NCBI RefSeq assembly: GCF_963676685.1
Contig: NC_092345.1
Location: forward strand, 24,862,001 to 24,926,000
From: Mytilus edulis
Taxonomy: Eukaryota
Reading direction: 5' to 3'
DNA length: 64,000 bases
Positions 25,813 through 39,500 of this stretch are shown one piece after another. The position numbers and the translations under genes are program-made. The notes beneath the pieces were generated by a model. The model had not been told where the DNA came from. It did not search any database and was given only the letters and a program-made list of their open reading frames with translations. The stretch's first letter is position 1. Every line of letters begins with the position of its first letter.

Positions 25813-28650
25813 GTGAGTTAAATTTTATCTTCAAAAATATCAACGTTAGAAGATGATTATACTAGAAAAGTATTAGAATAAAATTGAGAATGGAAATGGG
25901 GAATGTGTCAAAGAGACAACAACCCGACCATAGAAAAAACAACAGCAGAAGGTCACCAACAGGTCTTCAATGTAGCGAGAAATTTCCGCACCCGGAGGCG
26001 TCCTTCAGATGGCCCCTAAACAAATATATACTAGTTCAGTGATAATGAACGCAAAACTAATTTCCAAATTGTACACAAGAAACTAAATTATAATAATACA
26101 AGACTAACAAAGGCCAGAGGCTCCTGACTTGGGACAGGCGCAAAAATGCGGCGGGGTTAAACATGTTTATGAGAAAACTGTTTCATTGAGACTTTCTATG
26201 AATTCAGACGTGTAGCAATGTGTAAAGGTTACAGGCTTATTAAAACGTAATAACCTTACTTCACAAAACATGTACGGTATCAAAAGTTTTATCACCTACA
26301 TTTGTGTCTTTCTATTTACAGAACGGGAACTGAAAAAAATACTCCAACTCAAGGCACAACATTTTGTTGGTGTATGTGGTTATCAAGGTGTTTTGTGTTG
26401 ATAATATTTGCTGTAAATGTTGAAAAATTGGAATTTAAAACCATTCAGTGCAAAAATGTCAATTCACTTCAAATGTGTCATTTTTTGTTATTTGCATGGC
26501 TTCTATGGATGTTAACCATAACCATACACTCTAACCCCTACAATATCTCCTATATCTGTAAGTTGTGTTGCTATATTTTTCAGTGTGAATGTTTTACCAG
26601 TCATTTTTTCCTTTTGTGTTATCTGTTGCTGGATAGGTTTTCCACTATTTCCTCATTTAATTATCTTAAAGTCAACACAATTCCTTTTGTTTGTTTGCAT
26701 GTCGATTTCATATGCAATCATTGTGGAGTGGAATTTTTGCAATCGATGAAGTTCTGTTTTGTTGGGTTTTTTCTATTGAGGAAGTTTCCATTCTAATATT
26801 TCCTTACGATTATCAATTTTGCGGAGACAATTTTCCAGTCAATTAATTAGTGTTTGTTTTTCATATTTGTGGAGATGTTTCCGCAGTCTGCTGTTTTCTT
26901 GATAAAATGATGTGACAAAAATACTGTACAAATAAACAAAATATCGAATTGTGTAAATAATGCTAAAATTAGTGTATGTTCTAACAATTTCTGTTTTTTC
27001 TTCAAAATCAAAATTGTCTTAAGACAAATAAATCCTCATCCCCTATGGATTTTACCAAGCCTCTGTTGACCGTGCATATTTTTTTTTTTGGAATGAAGCG
27101 CCTTTCACGCTTCTTACAAAATGTACTCGGTCAACACCTTTTACAAAAACATGAAAAAGGCGCATTCAATAATAGTTCAATAAAATGTACTTCATACGTT
27201 CGTTTGGGATAAATATTATAATAACAGAGTAATGCAAATGCATTGCAATTGCTATCGATGGGGTATTTATTGCCGTGTGATTCGTGGTTTTAATTAATCA
27301 ACGAGTTTAAAGGTTGAAAAAAAATCAATTTTACATTGGCTCTTTGACACATTCGTCTTATTTTTAAGTAATGTTTATACGAAAGACACCTGACACATTG
27401 ACATAGGCTTGGGAACACTAAGCGACAAATGTTTACATCCTCCAACACAATAAATTCCGAAGTTAAGTACATTTGCCATTTTCCACCATGTCTTACAAAA
27501 CGACAGCACTGGTTGCTGAAATAGTTGTGCTCCGTCGAAACATACATTGACAAAGTGAAGCAAACACTTTTATATTGCCGTTACTGACGAATGATTGTTT
27601 GATTTCTATTTCTGAACATATTCCATAAGCTTATCAGAACAACATCAGAATTAGATCATTGCTGTAAAACATAGTCATAGTGTGGAATCACTAAGCACTA
27701 AAATTACTGAAAGATTTGGATTCTATGTCTATATGAAGTTGATAGATTTTTCACTCATTGACAAGGAAAGTTTGGAAATACAACACAGTTTGAAGAGTGA
27801 GCTCAGCTGAGGTCATTTGTCGAATATTTGTTGTTGACCAGCCAGGCGATGTGGAAGTACAAATTTATGATAATTCTAAATAAAGTAAAATAGACATTTA
27901 ATATCATTAATGAACAAAGAACAGCAATCAATAGGCCAGAACGTGTGTTTTTTTCTTTAGAGGACAATGATCTCACAGTTTCAGAAATGTATGCTTCATG
28001 ACTTATGTTGGCATGATGTGTTTTTATGTAATTGTATGTTTTATGCAGTGCATCATGACTTACATCAGTGTAACACTATTTACTTAAAGCATACATTTCC
28101 TTTTTTGAAATTTTTAAGAACAATGCCTAAAAATTTTGCGTAATATTCCTACCCCTCGTTTTATAGCATGCAAAAACTAAAGCAATGGCTCATATGCTTA
28201 CACTGTAAAAACAAGAGAGAGCTAAAATTGTTTTCATTTGACCACGCTTCATTATAAATATCTTTGAATCTACTCGTCAACATGTTTGGCCTTCAGCATG
28301 GCTTATTTATACCTCAAGTTATTTTTTTTTTGGATAAAGTATAAGAGCATTGCATCGAATGTCATTTTGATGTGTTGAATATATATCCTCTACTTTGAAA
28401 GCAGGTATTGGTGGCCTTCGGCTGTTGTCTTTGACACAATCTTTATTTCGTTTCTCAATATTATTTGTACAGAAATCTATCCTGGCTATCCTCTTACGTC
28501 TTTTATTGTCATCTAGAATGAAAGTATTTTACTATTGCTTTCAAAGTGGACACTCACAATTATAATTCATCAGATTAGAATACTGAATAGTGTTTGTTGA
28601 CTGCATGTGTGTTTTAAATGGTTTAAAGAAAGTATTCAAACAATGCATCT

Positions 28651-29140
28651 GGGGCCAGTTTCATAAAGCTGTCTTAGGACTAAGACATGTCTTGGGATGG
28701 TCTTATGACATATCTCAATCCTAAGCGGGTTTCACAAAGTATTCCTAAATTACAACATCTCTTAAAATTGGTCTCAAAGTTAGGATTACACGAGAGGTGT
28801 CTGATGAAGGTCTTAGGATAGTCATAAATTTATTTATATAAATAACACTCATTTATTATCGTATTATCAATTTTTATTTTCTTGCTAAATCTGTAGGTTG
28901 ACGGATTATTATGAGTTAAAAGCTTCAATATATTGCTTTAAAGCAATGATGCACCATTTTATCCTTGAACCTTTTCATAACCGATACAATGACAGCTTTA
29001 AGCATATCTTTGCTAAGATCATCCTACGACAGCTTTGGGACGAGGTCTGAGATATGTCTATAGATTGTCATAAGAGGATCATAAGACATGTCCTAATATA
29101 TCTTATGGCAGTGTTAGGAATGCTTCATAATACCGACCCC
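28651..29140. mobile_element. PIF/Harbinger-like MITE
   Basis: Imperfect TIR ggggccagtttcataaagc ... gcttcataataccgacccc, CTG-like flanks, inverted subterminal gtctta/taagac motifs. Confidence 0.6.
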
Positions 29141-32100
29141 TGGACATTAACAGTATCAAAAAAGAACATAACACACAAACAGAAATAAATGATAAAAAAG
29201 TGATGAAAATCTTATTGAGGTTAATAACATCTGTTGCAATAATAGCAGCATAACTTTATTTTTTTCAAAATCAAGTTAATACCATTTTTAAGCAAAATTG
29301 TGTACAGGTTATAACATGTACGAGGTACTTTTGTACATGTTATAACTTGTATTTTAGCATTATACAAGTTTAACATGTACAATATTTTTGTACATGTTAT
29401 AACCTGTAGAAAATCGCAACTTGTACACGACATATATACAACAAAATCCTCTTGTAAAAGTAGTATAGTTGTATTAAACGTTAATTCATTCACATCATTT
29501 AAAATGTTTTTATTCATTGTAATCAGATGTAATCTTGATTACTTTGCCAATATAATCATTAATTTAATCAGACACTTTCAGAAAAGATGTAATCATTAAT
29601 TTAATTTAATCGTACAAATGACAAAATTGTAATTAAATCAACTACGTTGAAAGTAATTGGGCCCATCTCTGAACCTAATAAACATACATTTTACCTCGCA
29701 TTTTTGGTTTCAGTTTCGGTTTCGGTTTTTCGGTTTCGGTATCGGATTCTGGTGAACAAGTCTATTGCAAGATTAAAGAGTCGTAGATTGTATTTACTCT
29801 AAAAGATCTTTTGATTTTTTTAATATCCATATCTGATTCACGCAGCTTCTAGAATATGTAGTTTCTTTGACTAACTTTGAAGCCAACCTGTTTTTTTCAA
29901 TTTAGAATACAGTCAAATCTTCTGTTTTCTATTTTTAGCACATTTTAGGTCCTCAATGCTCTTCAACTTTGTACTTTATTTGGCCATTCAAACATTTTTG
30001 CCTCGAGCGTCACTGATGAGGGGTTTTTTTTGTAGACGAAACGAGCGTCTGTCGTAAGTGTACAATTTTAGTCCTGGTATCTATGATGAGTTTATTTGTA
30101 AAGGCGCTTATTTAGTTTTGGTATCCAATACAGTGATGGCAGATCCAGTTATTCATCTTTGGTTAAAATTCCAAATGAAAATGTCTCTCTTTTACAATAA
30201 ATCAGTAAAAACTGTCGACAACAAATATTATCCATAACACAGGATCTGCAAAAATTACATTTTACACCCTATTCAAGCTGTATCTGTCTACAAATAAATA
30301 CAAATTAATGTGATAATTAGATAGAAGGGTTTTTGTAATCATGTTCGTCGATATGATCTTATAGCTGTATTCAACAATAATCTTTAAAAAATCAACACAA
30401 TAAACCATGTAAATCACTCCAATGCAATTAAAATAATATTTCAATAAAACAAGGTCGAAGTTTAAATTTCAAAAAATGTATGTGCACACGAGACTGCATA
30501 AAACAATGTATTTCTAAAGAACTAACTTTTAAATATCTCATATTATTTTATTTCAAGGTAAACATCAAAATGAGAGAGTCATATATTAACAGTAAGTTTA
30601 TTTCAGTTACACAAATTTATTCTAAAGAACTAACTTTTAAATATCTCATATTATTTTATTTCAAGGTAAACATCAAAATGAGAGAGTCATATATTAACAG
30701 TAAGTATATTTCAGTTACACAAATTTATTACTAAGTTGGTTAATATAATGTTTGGTTTCATCGTTTGTTCGTATATTTGTTAGGTCTGTCTTTTTTGTAT
30801 TTTTTTAACAAGCAAATATTAGAAGTAAATAACTTGTTTATATTGTTATGTTTGCTGTGATAGATAAGTTGTTATTTTCAAGAAATGACGTACCGATGCA
30901 GATAATTGAATTTCACTAAAAAAAAGGTTTCCCTTCGGCAAAAAAATAATTGTGTTTGGTGTGGTAGATAAGTTGTTATTTTCAAGAAAGGACGTACCGA
31001 TACAGAGAATTGAATTTCGCTATAAAAAAAAAACAGTTTCACTGCAGCAAAATTGTGTGTGAACACGTCATAAACAGCCAGAGAAAAACTTGACCTTTTG
31101 TAATGCCAACAAGACACTTGAAGGGGGATTTATTCCGGTTTGATACGGTAATTAAGGCTATCAAAATACACAAAAGGACGCCCATGAAATTTGTAAAATT
31201 GTTTAAATGTTTTCGGAACGTATCTTTCTAAACGGGCAAAAATCGTTAATTTCATCAGTTGTTTCGGTTTTAAACGTTAAACGGTTATTTTAACTGGGAA
31301 TAAAAAGTGGAATGCGTTATGCATGCACAACGAATATTCCTGTCGACAATAAGGGTTATCAGGTTTCCAGCAGGCAGTGGTTGGGTATTGACATGATTTA
31401 TTATTGTAGATATTTGATTTATAAAATATGACGGGAAAAGGGTTACTCGGCCTCTTACCTTATATTTGCGTTGATATTATTTGGGTCTCAAATCAAAAGA
31501 TAGAAAAGGGCTTAAATTTTGTCAAATGACTATTTATGAGATATTAAGTATTATGTTAAAAGATAAATAGGTTTTATGGGGCAGAATATTTTGTGTCATA
31601 CGGAAAAACACCAAGGAGTCCGAACATTTGACACTTATTCAAAACCTTACCTTAGTACATTCCTAAATGATGTTCCAATTCGCTAAGGGTTATGTTTACT
31701 GTATTTGGCTTTTTTTCTTTGTATATCCTTTTTGTATCATATAGTGCCTAACGATTATTCAATTACTTATATATCCCTAAATTTGGGCTTTAGGGATGAA
31801 GGCCTAGTTTCAATATGAAAAGCGCTCAGGTACATCAAATTTATACAGTGTTATTTCTATTATCGACCACTGAATTGATACTACTTCTAGTAGACAGTCA
31901 GTCCCTTAAAGAGGGGGGGCAAGGGGTTTAACTGTTATGCTGTTATGATCCTTAAAGGTCACCTAGCACCAGCTTTATATAAGCCAGTCTTTCTATAGTG
32001 GTACTATAAAGTACAAACTTATCTTAAATTTTCTGCTAGCTTACTTAAATTTTAAGTTGATAAATTAAGAAACTATTTATAGTTCAAACTAATTCAGGCA

Positions 32101-33357
32101 AATTTTACTTAAGTTATCATTGACTATTATATGTATGTAATATTGTTGGTCATAAAGCTTACCACGTATTTAAAAACCTATAATCAATGGTTAACAAGTT
32201 GCGTTTTTAAATTCTTGGTAAAACAATATCTGAATGTGGATGATTTAAAACAAAAGTGTGGTTTACATTGTATGTTACATAATTTTCAACAGATTCTTTT
32301 ACAAAAAGTTAAACTGTGATAGTTAAAGTTAAAATAATGTACTTTCTCTCCTTTTTAACCTGTGTTAAAATGATATTACTTATAGTGAACGATCAAGCGT
32401 TAAGATTGATAATCTATTCTATTTGTACTGATTTCAATACTACATAATCATAAACAAATTCCAAAGATATTGAAACCTGATTTATACAAAAGGCCAACAG
32501 TAACCTTGAAATTTAATTACAAATACACAAATATGATTACAAATATAATTTCCGTTTTGAATATAGTCATACAACCGATATTTAACAAGACATTGTAGTA
32601 AATAAAGAAGACAAATTAAAAACAAAAAATACTTTTAAAAATGAACTTTAAACGTAATGTGTTGTTTAAAAGACGAATGAGAAAATATGGTATGTCAATA
32701 AACTCATTCTAGATACAAGGATTGACATTTTTTTACGGTAGACAAGAGTTTCGTCTACGAAAGACTCACTATCGACACTCGAATAAAAACAGTTAAAAGG
32801 GCAGGAATAAAGTACAAAGTTGAAGAGCTTTGACTACCAAAAATAATTTAAATGTTTTTCCAATGAGACAAATCTCAAACAGAGACCAACCAATGTAAAA
32901 TGTTTCCAAATACAGATTACATTTGTAATATAGAATGCACTGACGACGCAGGGTTCGATCAATCTATTTTCAAAAGGGAATTCCAACCAAAGATAAGGGG
33001 GGAGGGTCCGACAGTATGTCCCTATTCAAAAGCACTGACCGTCAATAAAAGGAGTGCCCCCCCCCCCCCCCGCCCGGAACAGCCCGTGATTTCTCACTAC
33101 GACGTTGTTCATTTCAACACAAAGTATATACACAAATCTATTCAATTGATTTTTAGGGAGAAAAAAATCTAAAAGTGTAGCAGGTGAGAAGAAATTAAAA
33201 AAAAAATCAAAATCTATTTAAATCAACAAGGCAACAGTTGCAGATACAAAGTAGTAATTGTACATAAAAACGACAACTACATCCCTTTTTCAAATGAAAC
33301 AGTTTGTAGAGTATCCTCTGGACAATATTTTTTTCGTATACTATACCATTGCATTAA

Positions 33358-33929
33358 AGTCATAAGAAACCTCAAATTCAAAAAAAATATTGCATATGTT
33401 TTTTATAACTCAATGGATAGTTTTCATTGTAAAACTTATGTACATATACTTTTTTCTGAAGAAAATTCTTTAATTTATTCATATTTAGAAGAAGTTTACT
33501 TTATTTGAATTGCTTCCTTCCAGCAAGCAATTCCCCCGATATATTTTCCGTATGCAAGATGACCTCAGTGTGACCCATCTCGTAAAAATCCGGTGACCAC
33601 AATACGCATGGATGTCCTTAAAATAAACTATTACCTGAATTTACATGTTAAACACGTGCTCAATTTCCATGCTTTTTTGTTTATTTTTCGTCAATTGTTG
33701 ACAAACAGGTGACAATCGTTAAACTTCGGCTTTAAAACACGAACTTTAATTACCTGCCATATTTTCACAACAACACTGACCGATTGAAAAAAAAAATGAC
33801 GATAATACGATATTTACACGAACAAAATGATAAATTCGAGCACAGAAGACTAAGTTTATGATGTTTGTATGCATTGGTTTAAAAATTGGAAGAACAATAT
33901 TTTTCACCGGTCACTCGTTTCTTATGACT
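33358..33929. mobile_element. TTAA-flanked MITE (Kolobok-like AG...CT termini)
   Basis: TTAA|AGTCATAAGAAAC ... GTTTCTTATGACT|TTAA. Confidence 0.85.
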
Positions 33930-34319
33930 TTAAAAGTTCCCTGTTTTACGAGGAAAGTCTATTTCTCCTGCAAATAATATGTCATACATCTATCTACACT
34001 TTCGTCCCTTATAAATACTTGTCGTCAAATATTCGGTTTTGTGTGGTTCTGATGGTTAATCCAGAATGCGCTTCGGACACATGCATTATTTTTGTACTTT
34101 GAGATGACCACTTGTTTTTTTTTCACCTGTAATCGTATGTCTAAAGTGTAAACTCGGGTATAGACATAGTTTCCGCAAACGTCTAATTATCATTTGACAT
34201 ATTCACAACGATATGTGGTCGTATAATTTTGCTACTCACGAAAGTGACATTAATAAGTTGTTATAATGCATTCAAATATTATCTGAAGTGTTGTTATGAA
34301 CCAGTAAATATTAAACTTA

Positions 34320-36148
34320 TCTATACTATTAAACGAGAAGACCTCATTTTGTGTGTCGCTTCTCTTCTTTCCACAATGAATTAATCAACACGCCTCTGTG
34401 TCCTATATGTACAGTGCATAGTCGCATTTGTCATTCATTCATATGGTTATTCAGATTGAGTTATTTTGGGAGAAAAACGAGAAAAAAAGGCATCCGGATT
34501 TTGTCCCGTCATTGGACGAAATTTTTTAAAGTCAGATTAGTTTTCCGGTTTGCGTTTTTCTTTGAACCTACATACACTACGAATAAAGTGCATTTTAATG
34601 ATATCAGCTATCATTTTCAAGTTAACTATCCACGGCGGTCACAGAGTTTATTAAATAGAAGGTCTGTATACTATATCAATGATCACCATGGATCGATTTG
34701 AAAGTAAATACACTTTATTTATATAGTAATGAATGTTCGTAATATACAGATAAGCGCTAAAATAATTCATGTGAACTTTTGATACCTTTACTGAAATGCT
34801 CCAGTCTTTAAACCTTTTACAAAATTCATTGATTACAAAAAAAAGATGTGGTATGATTGCCATGTTGATATAACTCTCCACAAGTGACCAAAAATGACAC
34901 AGAAATTAATAACTATAGGTCACCGTATGGCCTTCAACAACGAGCAAAGCCCATACCGCATACTCAGCTTTAAAAGGCCCCGACATGACGATGAAAAACA
35001 ATTCAAACGAGAAAACTAGCGGCCTTATTTATGTACAAAGTGAGTCTCATTGCTTTCATACGTAGTGTAAGCGGAATACGGGAATCTGACAAAACAGTAA
35101 GCGGGATCCGGGATCAGAACCCCCCTTTTTTTTCCCAATGAGACCCCCTACAAAAAATGAACGAAAAACAAATATGTAACACATAAACAAACGGCAGCCA
35201 CTGAATTACAGGCTCCTTACTCATGTTACTTAAATGTTCATAGTATACTAAAGGTATGTTCATATTGAAATTGATAGAAAACCAAAATTTGGTATTTTGG
35301 AAATAAACGAGGAGGGATGAAAAAAAAACATTTTCCGGTCCCCAATAACCTATGACTAATGACACTTTTGCTGAAATTCTCCAGTCATTTTTACAAAATT
35401 CTTCAAATAAAATTGGGAATGGAAATGGGGAATGTGTCAAAGAGACAACAACCCGACCAAATAAAAAACAACAACAGCAGAGGGTCACCAACAGGTCTTC
35501 AATGTAGCGAGAAATTCCCGCACCCGGAGGCGTCCTTCAGCTGGCCCCTAAACAAATATATACTAGTCCAGTGATAATGAACGCCATACTAATTTCCAAA
35601 TTGTACACAAGAAACTAAAATTAAAATAATACAAGACTAACAAAGGCCAGAGGCTCCTGACTTGGGACAGGCGCAAAAATGCGGCGGGGTTAAACATGTT
35701 TGTGAGATCTCAACCCTCCCCCTATACCTCTAACCAATGTAGTAAAGTAAACGCATAACAATACGCACATTAAAATTCAGTTCAAGAGAAATCCGAGTCT
35801 GATGTCAGAAGATGTAACCAAAGAAAATAAACAAAATGACAATAATACATAAATAACAACAGACTACTAGCAGTTAACTGACATGCCAGCTCCAGACTTC
35901 AATTAAACTGACTGAAAGATTATGATTTCATCATATTAACATCAGGCACAATCCTTCCCGTTAGGGGTTTAGTATCATACCATCATAACATATATGAGAA
36001 GAACATAACCCGTGTCATGCCAACAACTGTATTTTAGAATAAATGTGTTTAGTTCCGATGCAAAGACCTTATCAGTGACTCAATAAACAACACTTTACAT
36101 ACTTTAAACTACGCTCTGAATGCCCGCGATTTCGCGGGTGTGTTTTAG
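34320..36148 (+). mobile_element. Non-autonomous Helitron with nested short interspersed repeats
   Basis: Starts A|TCTATACTATT and ends with hairpin cccgcgatttcgcggg then gtgtttTAG|T. The paralogous empty site aaactta|tggt at 3556/3557 shows an A|T insertion with no TSD. Confidence 0.85.
35406..36080. repeat. Abundant interspersed repeat (SINE-like); near-identical partial copy at ~25878-26172
   Basis: aataaaattg(a/g)gaatggaaatggggaatgtgtcaaagagacaacaacccgacc... shared between the copies. Confidence 0.7.
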
Positions 36149-36529
36149 TGGTAAATAAACCAGAAAGACCTCGCTGTCAAAAGGAGGCAATTAAAAATTA
36201 ACAATGTTCGGTCATATATAGATATAGGAAGATGTGGTGTGTGATGAGACAACTCTGCATCCAAATAACAATTTATAAAAGTAAACCATTATAGGTCAAT
36301 GTACGGCCTGCAACACGGAGACTTGGCTCACACCGAACAAAAAGCTATAAAGGGCCCCCAAATTGCTAGTGTAAAACCATTCAAACGGGAAAACCAACGG
36401 TCTAATCTATACAAAAAACGAGAAACGAGAAACACCTATAAATTACATAAACAAACGACAACTACTGCACATCAGATTCCTGATTTAGGACAGGTGCAAA
36501 CATTTGCAGCGGGATTAAACGTTTTAATG

Positions 36530-39500
36530 AATCATTTATTTGAACTTTATGTAACATTGTATTTTTTCATTAATAAATACTGTTGAAACTAAAAGTAAGT
36601 TTCGTTTTTTTTTAGTTGAAAGATGGTTCCAAAGTGTTCAAATAAACAGTGGATAGTTGTTTCATTGGCAATCATTACACATTCCCTTATTTTTATAATT
36701 TATACTGATACAAAATTTAACAACTTTCGGAGAGTTTTTGAAAACGGAAGAATTATAGTTACGCATTTTCTTTATCAAGATACCAGTACTGTGGCTTAAA
36801 TGTTCAAAAGTAAAGAAGAAAAATTAATTGCAAACACGAAGAGTAATCTTTGCAATTAAAAAATTAACAAATCAATGATTGAAAAGGGATACGTTATTGA
36901 AACTAAAACTAGTCTCCCTTTTTCTCCGCCTGCTTTTTTCTTTTCCAAACAATTTATAAAAACATCGATGAGAAAGGTTCGAAACTATTAAAACATTACT
37001 ACATAAAAACAATTGGAAAAAGTAGAATTTGCCTCTATACACCGGCTCAAAACAAATGACCCCAGCAACAAGCATTGTGTAAATGTATGGGCCCATTTGC
37101 AAGCACAGTTACTTATAATGCAGTCATAGACAATTGAAAATTTTCCACTTGAGTTGATGCGTTTCTTTTGTTGTGGAGTATAATTATTTTCTGCCTGTAA
37201 TTTTACTATTTGTCAAATTCTTTCAACTTTGGTACTAATAAAAAAACATTTTCTGAAAGTACATTATTTACTTTGTATTGAATATATTTTGCTCGTTCGA
37301 ATAATAAATTGATGTTCAAATTTGCAAGATCTCCGAACAAAATGCCCAGTGAATTAGGCTCGGAATCAGACATAGAACCGGCTAATATTCAAAATTTTTA
37401 AGAACAGCCTGCTTACGAAAAGCAACTGATATTTTATTTAAACGACCTTCAAAAATAATTTCCAGAGCTCCGGAAGACTTCAACTCAGTAGGTAACATTC
37501 CGGTCCCAAGCCCGGACGAAGGAGACAAGAGAAAAAATCATTTACGAAGTAGTTGAAATATCAAAAATATATAGAAAATAAATACATTCAAAATATTGGC
37601 GAAATTAGATGATTTTTTTTATTTGCGCAAATGGTACCTATATTTTTCAATAGACTGGCGCAGAAGTAGCATTGGCGCAAATAAGTTCATTTTTGGCGCA
37701 AAATGATATCACCCGCTTTAATGTTTGACGTCATGTAAAAATATATCGGTTGACGTCATATTGCTCGTGAATCAAATATGGCCGACTCCAGTGATTCAGA
37801 GCAGTTTTCAGACGGGGAGAGTGATAGTGATTTTGAAGTTTTAAGCGGTATCTCAGAATCTGAAGATGAGATGAATGATGTTCCAATGAATGCCAATCCT
37901 TGGTTTCGAGTTAGACCTCCGGAGATTGACTATTTACACGACCAAAGATTTGTAGAGAACAGTGGCCCTCAGAATGTCCCTGATGCCGACGCTAAACCTA
38001 TTGACTACTTCTTGCTGTTTCTGACACTTGATTTTCTACGACATATTGTCAGAGAGACAAACAGGTAAAATTTACAATTAACTGTTGCGTTATATGTTAC
38101 ATTTCACATATTAAAATAGTCATAAGTTTACTCAGTACGATATATTAATGCACACGTTGCGATTATGAAGACATTTGCCTTTGTTTTTTCTTACCTTTGC
38201 CAGGTCGTTTCAACACATAATATAATATAAACTATAGATATAAAATTGGTATATGATTTTGCTGCTTCTATACACTAAGCAAAAGAAAATAAATTATAAG
38301 AACAAAGACTGGTCGGCTGGGAGTCAGAATAAAAGGTCAGAGTAAGGTGACACGTATTTCTGCGCAATGTAAACTTCTGAACTAGTACAAAGCAGAGGAA
38401 ATTTTTTACGTTAGTATGAGTATGTTCTCGTCCTAAATATACACATTAATTTAACGCTGGATGTTAAAAAAAAGCACTAAAAATTACCTAATGGGCTACG
38501 CGCATTCGTGAATTAAAATTTAATTGATAAAATAATTTATCAGGTCACGCGTTGAGAATGTTAACATGTTATAATTCTAAGGTTATTTTTACTATTTGTA
38601 TATTTCATATCAATTATACTGTCATTTTTTTTTACAGGTATGCACAAGACATCATCACTAGTCGGCAGAGGATAAGAAGATTTTCGCGTCTTCATTCCTG
38701 GTTTAAAGTTGGTGCTGTAACTTTAGATGAGATGAAAGGATTTATATCAGTAATACTTAACATGGGCCTCATACGTAAACCATCCATTACAGAATATTGG
38801 AACACCAAATTTCAAAGCCAGGATACTGTTTGGTTTCGTAACATGTTTTCTAGAAATCGATTTCAGAGCATTTTAAAAAATTTCATATCGTAGATAATAC
38901 TACAATACCGAATCGGAAGGACGATTATTATTCACCCACATCAAAATTTCAGTGCTTCGTTGATCTTTTTAATCGACAGTCGAAATAACATTACATTCCA
39001 AAACAGAACCTAAGTATTGACGAAAGCTTAATCGCATCTAAAGGCCGGTCATCAATAATACAATTATTTCTTCAAAAGCGGCGAAATTTGGAGTCAAACT
39101 TTGGGTATTAGCCGAGGTCGTCAGTGGCTATATTTGTCAAATCAGTGTTTACAAATGCAAACAATATGACCCAACACCACAAGGAATATTACAGGGTGCT
39201 TACGTAGTCAACAAACTATTAGATGCCGCAGGATTGTTTGACAAAGCTTATTATTTATTTACTGACAGTTTTTTCTCCTCAATTAATCTGGCTAAAGAGC
39301 TTTTAGCAAAAGGAACATTGTTTACTGGAACATTACTCGCTAATCGGCAAATGCCAAACACAATAAAGACTCCTGTTTTGCAGGAAAAGGAAAGCATTTA
39401 TATTAAGACAAGAAAGAATTCTGTTATGTGCATATAAAGAACGTTATGGTCGAAAACCAGTTAGAATCATATCCTCTTTTTCTAAAGCAGCACAAGAAAA

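Noticed and set aside
26302-26796. 164-aa hydrophobic ORF
   Set aside because: TTG start, T-rich intron-like composition, no domain; only a short internal exon-like piece is plausible.
31313-31330. 15-bp inverted match (tgcgttatgcatgca) to the piggyBac right subterminal region at ~40374
   Set aside because: The match does not extend and no TTAA-flanked left TIR is present, so it cannot be called the element's left end.
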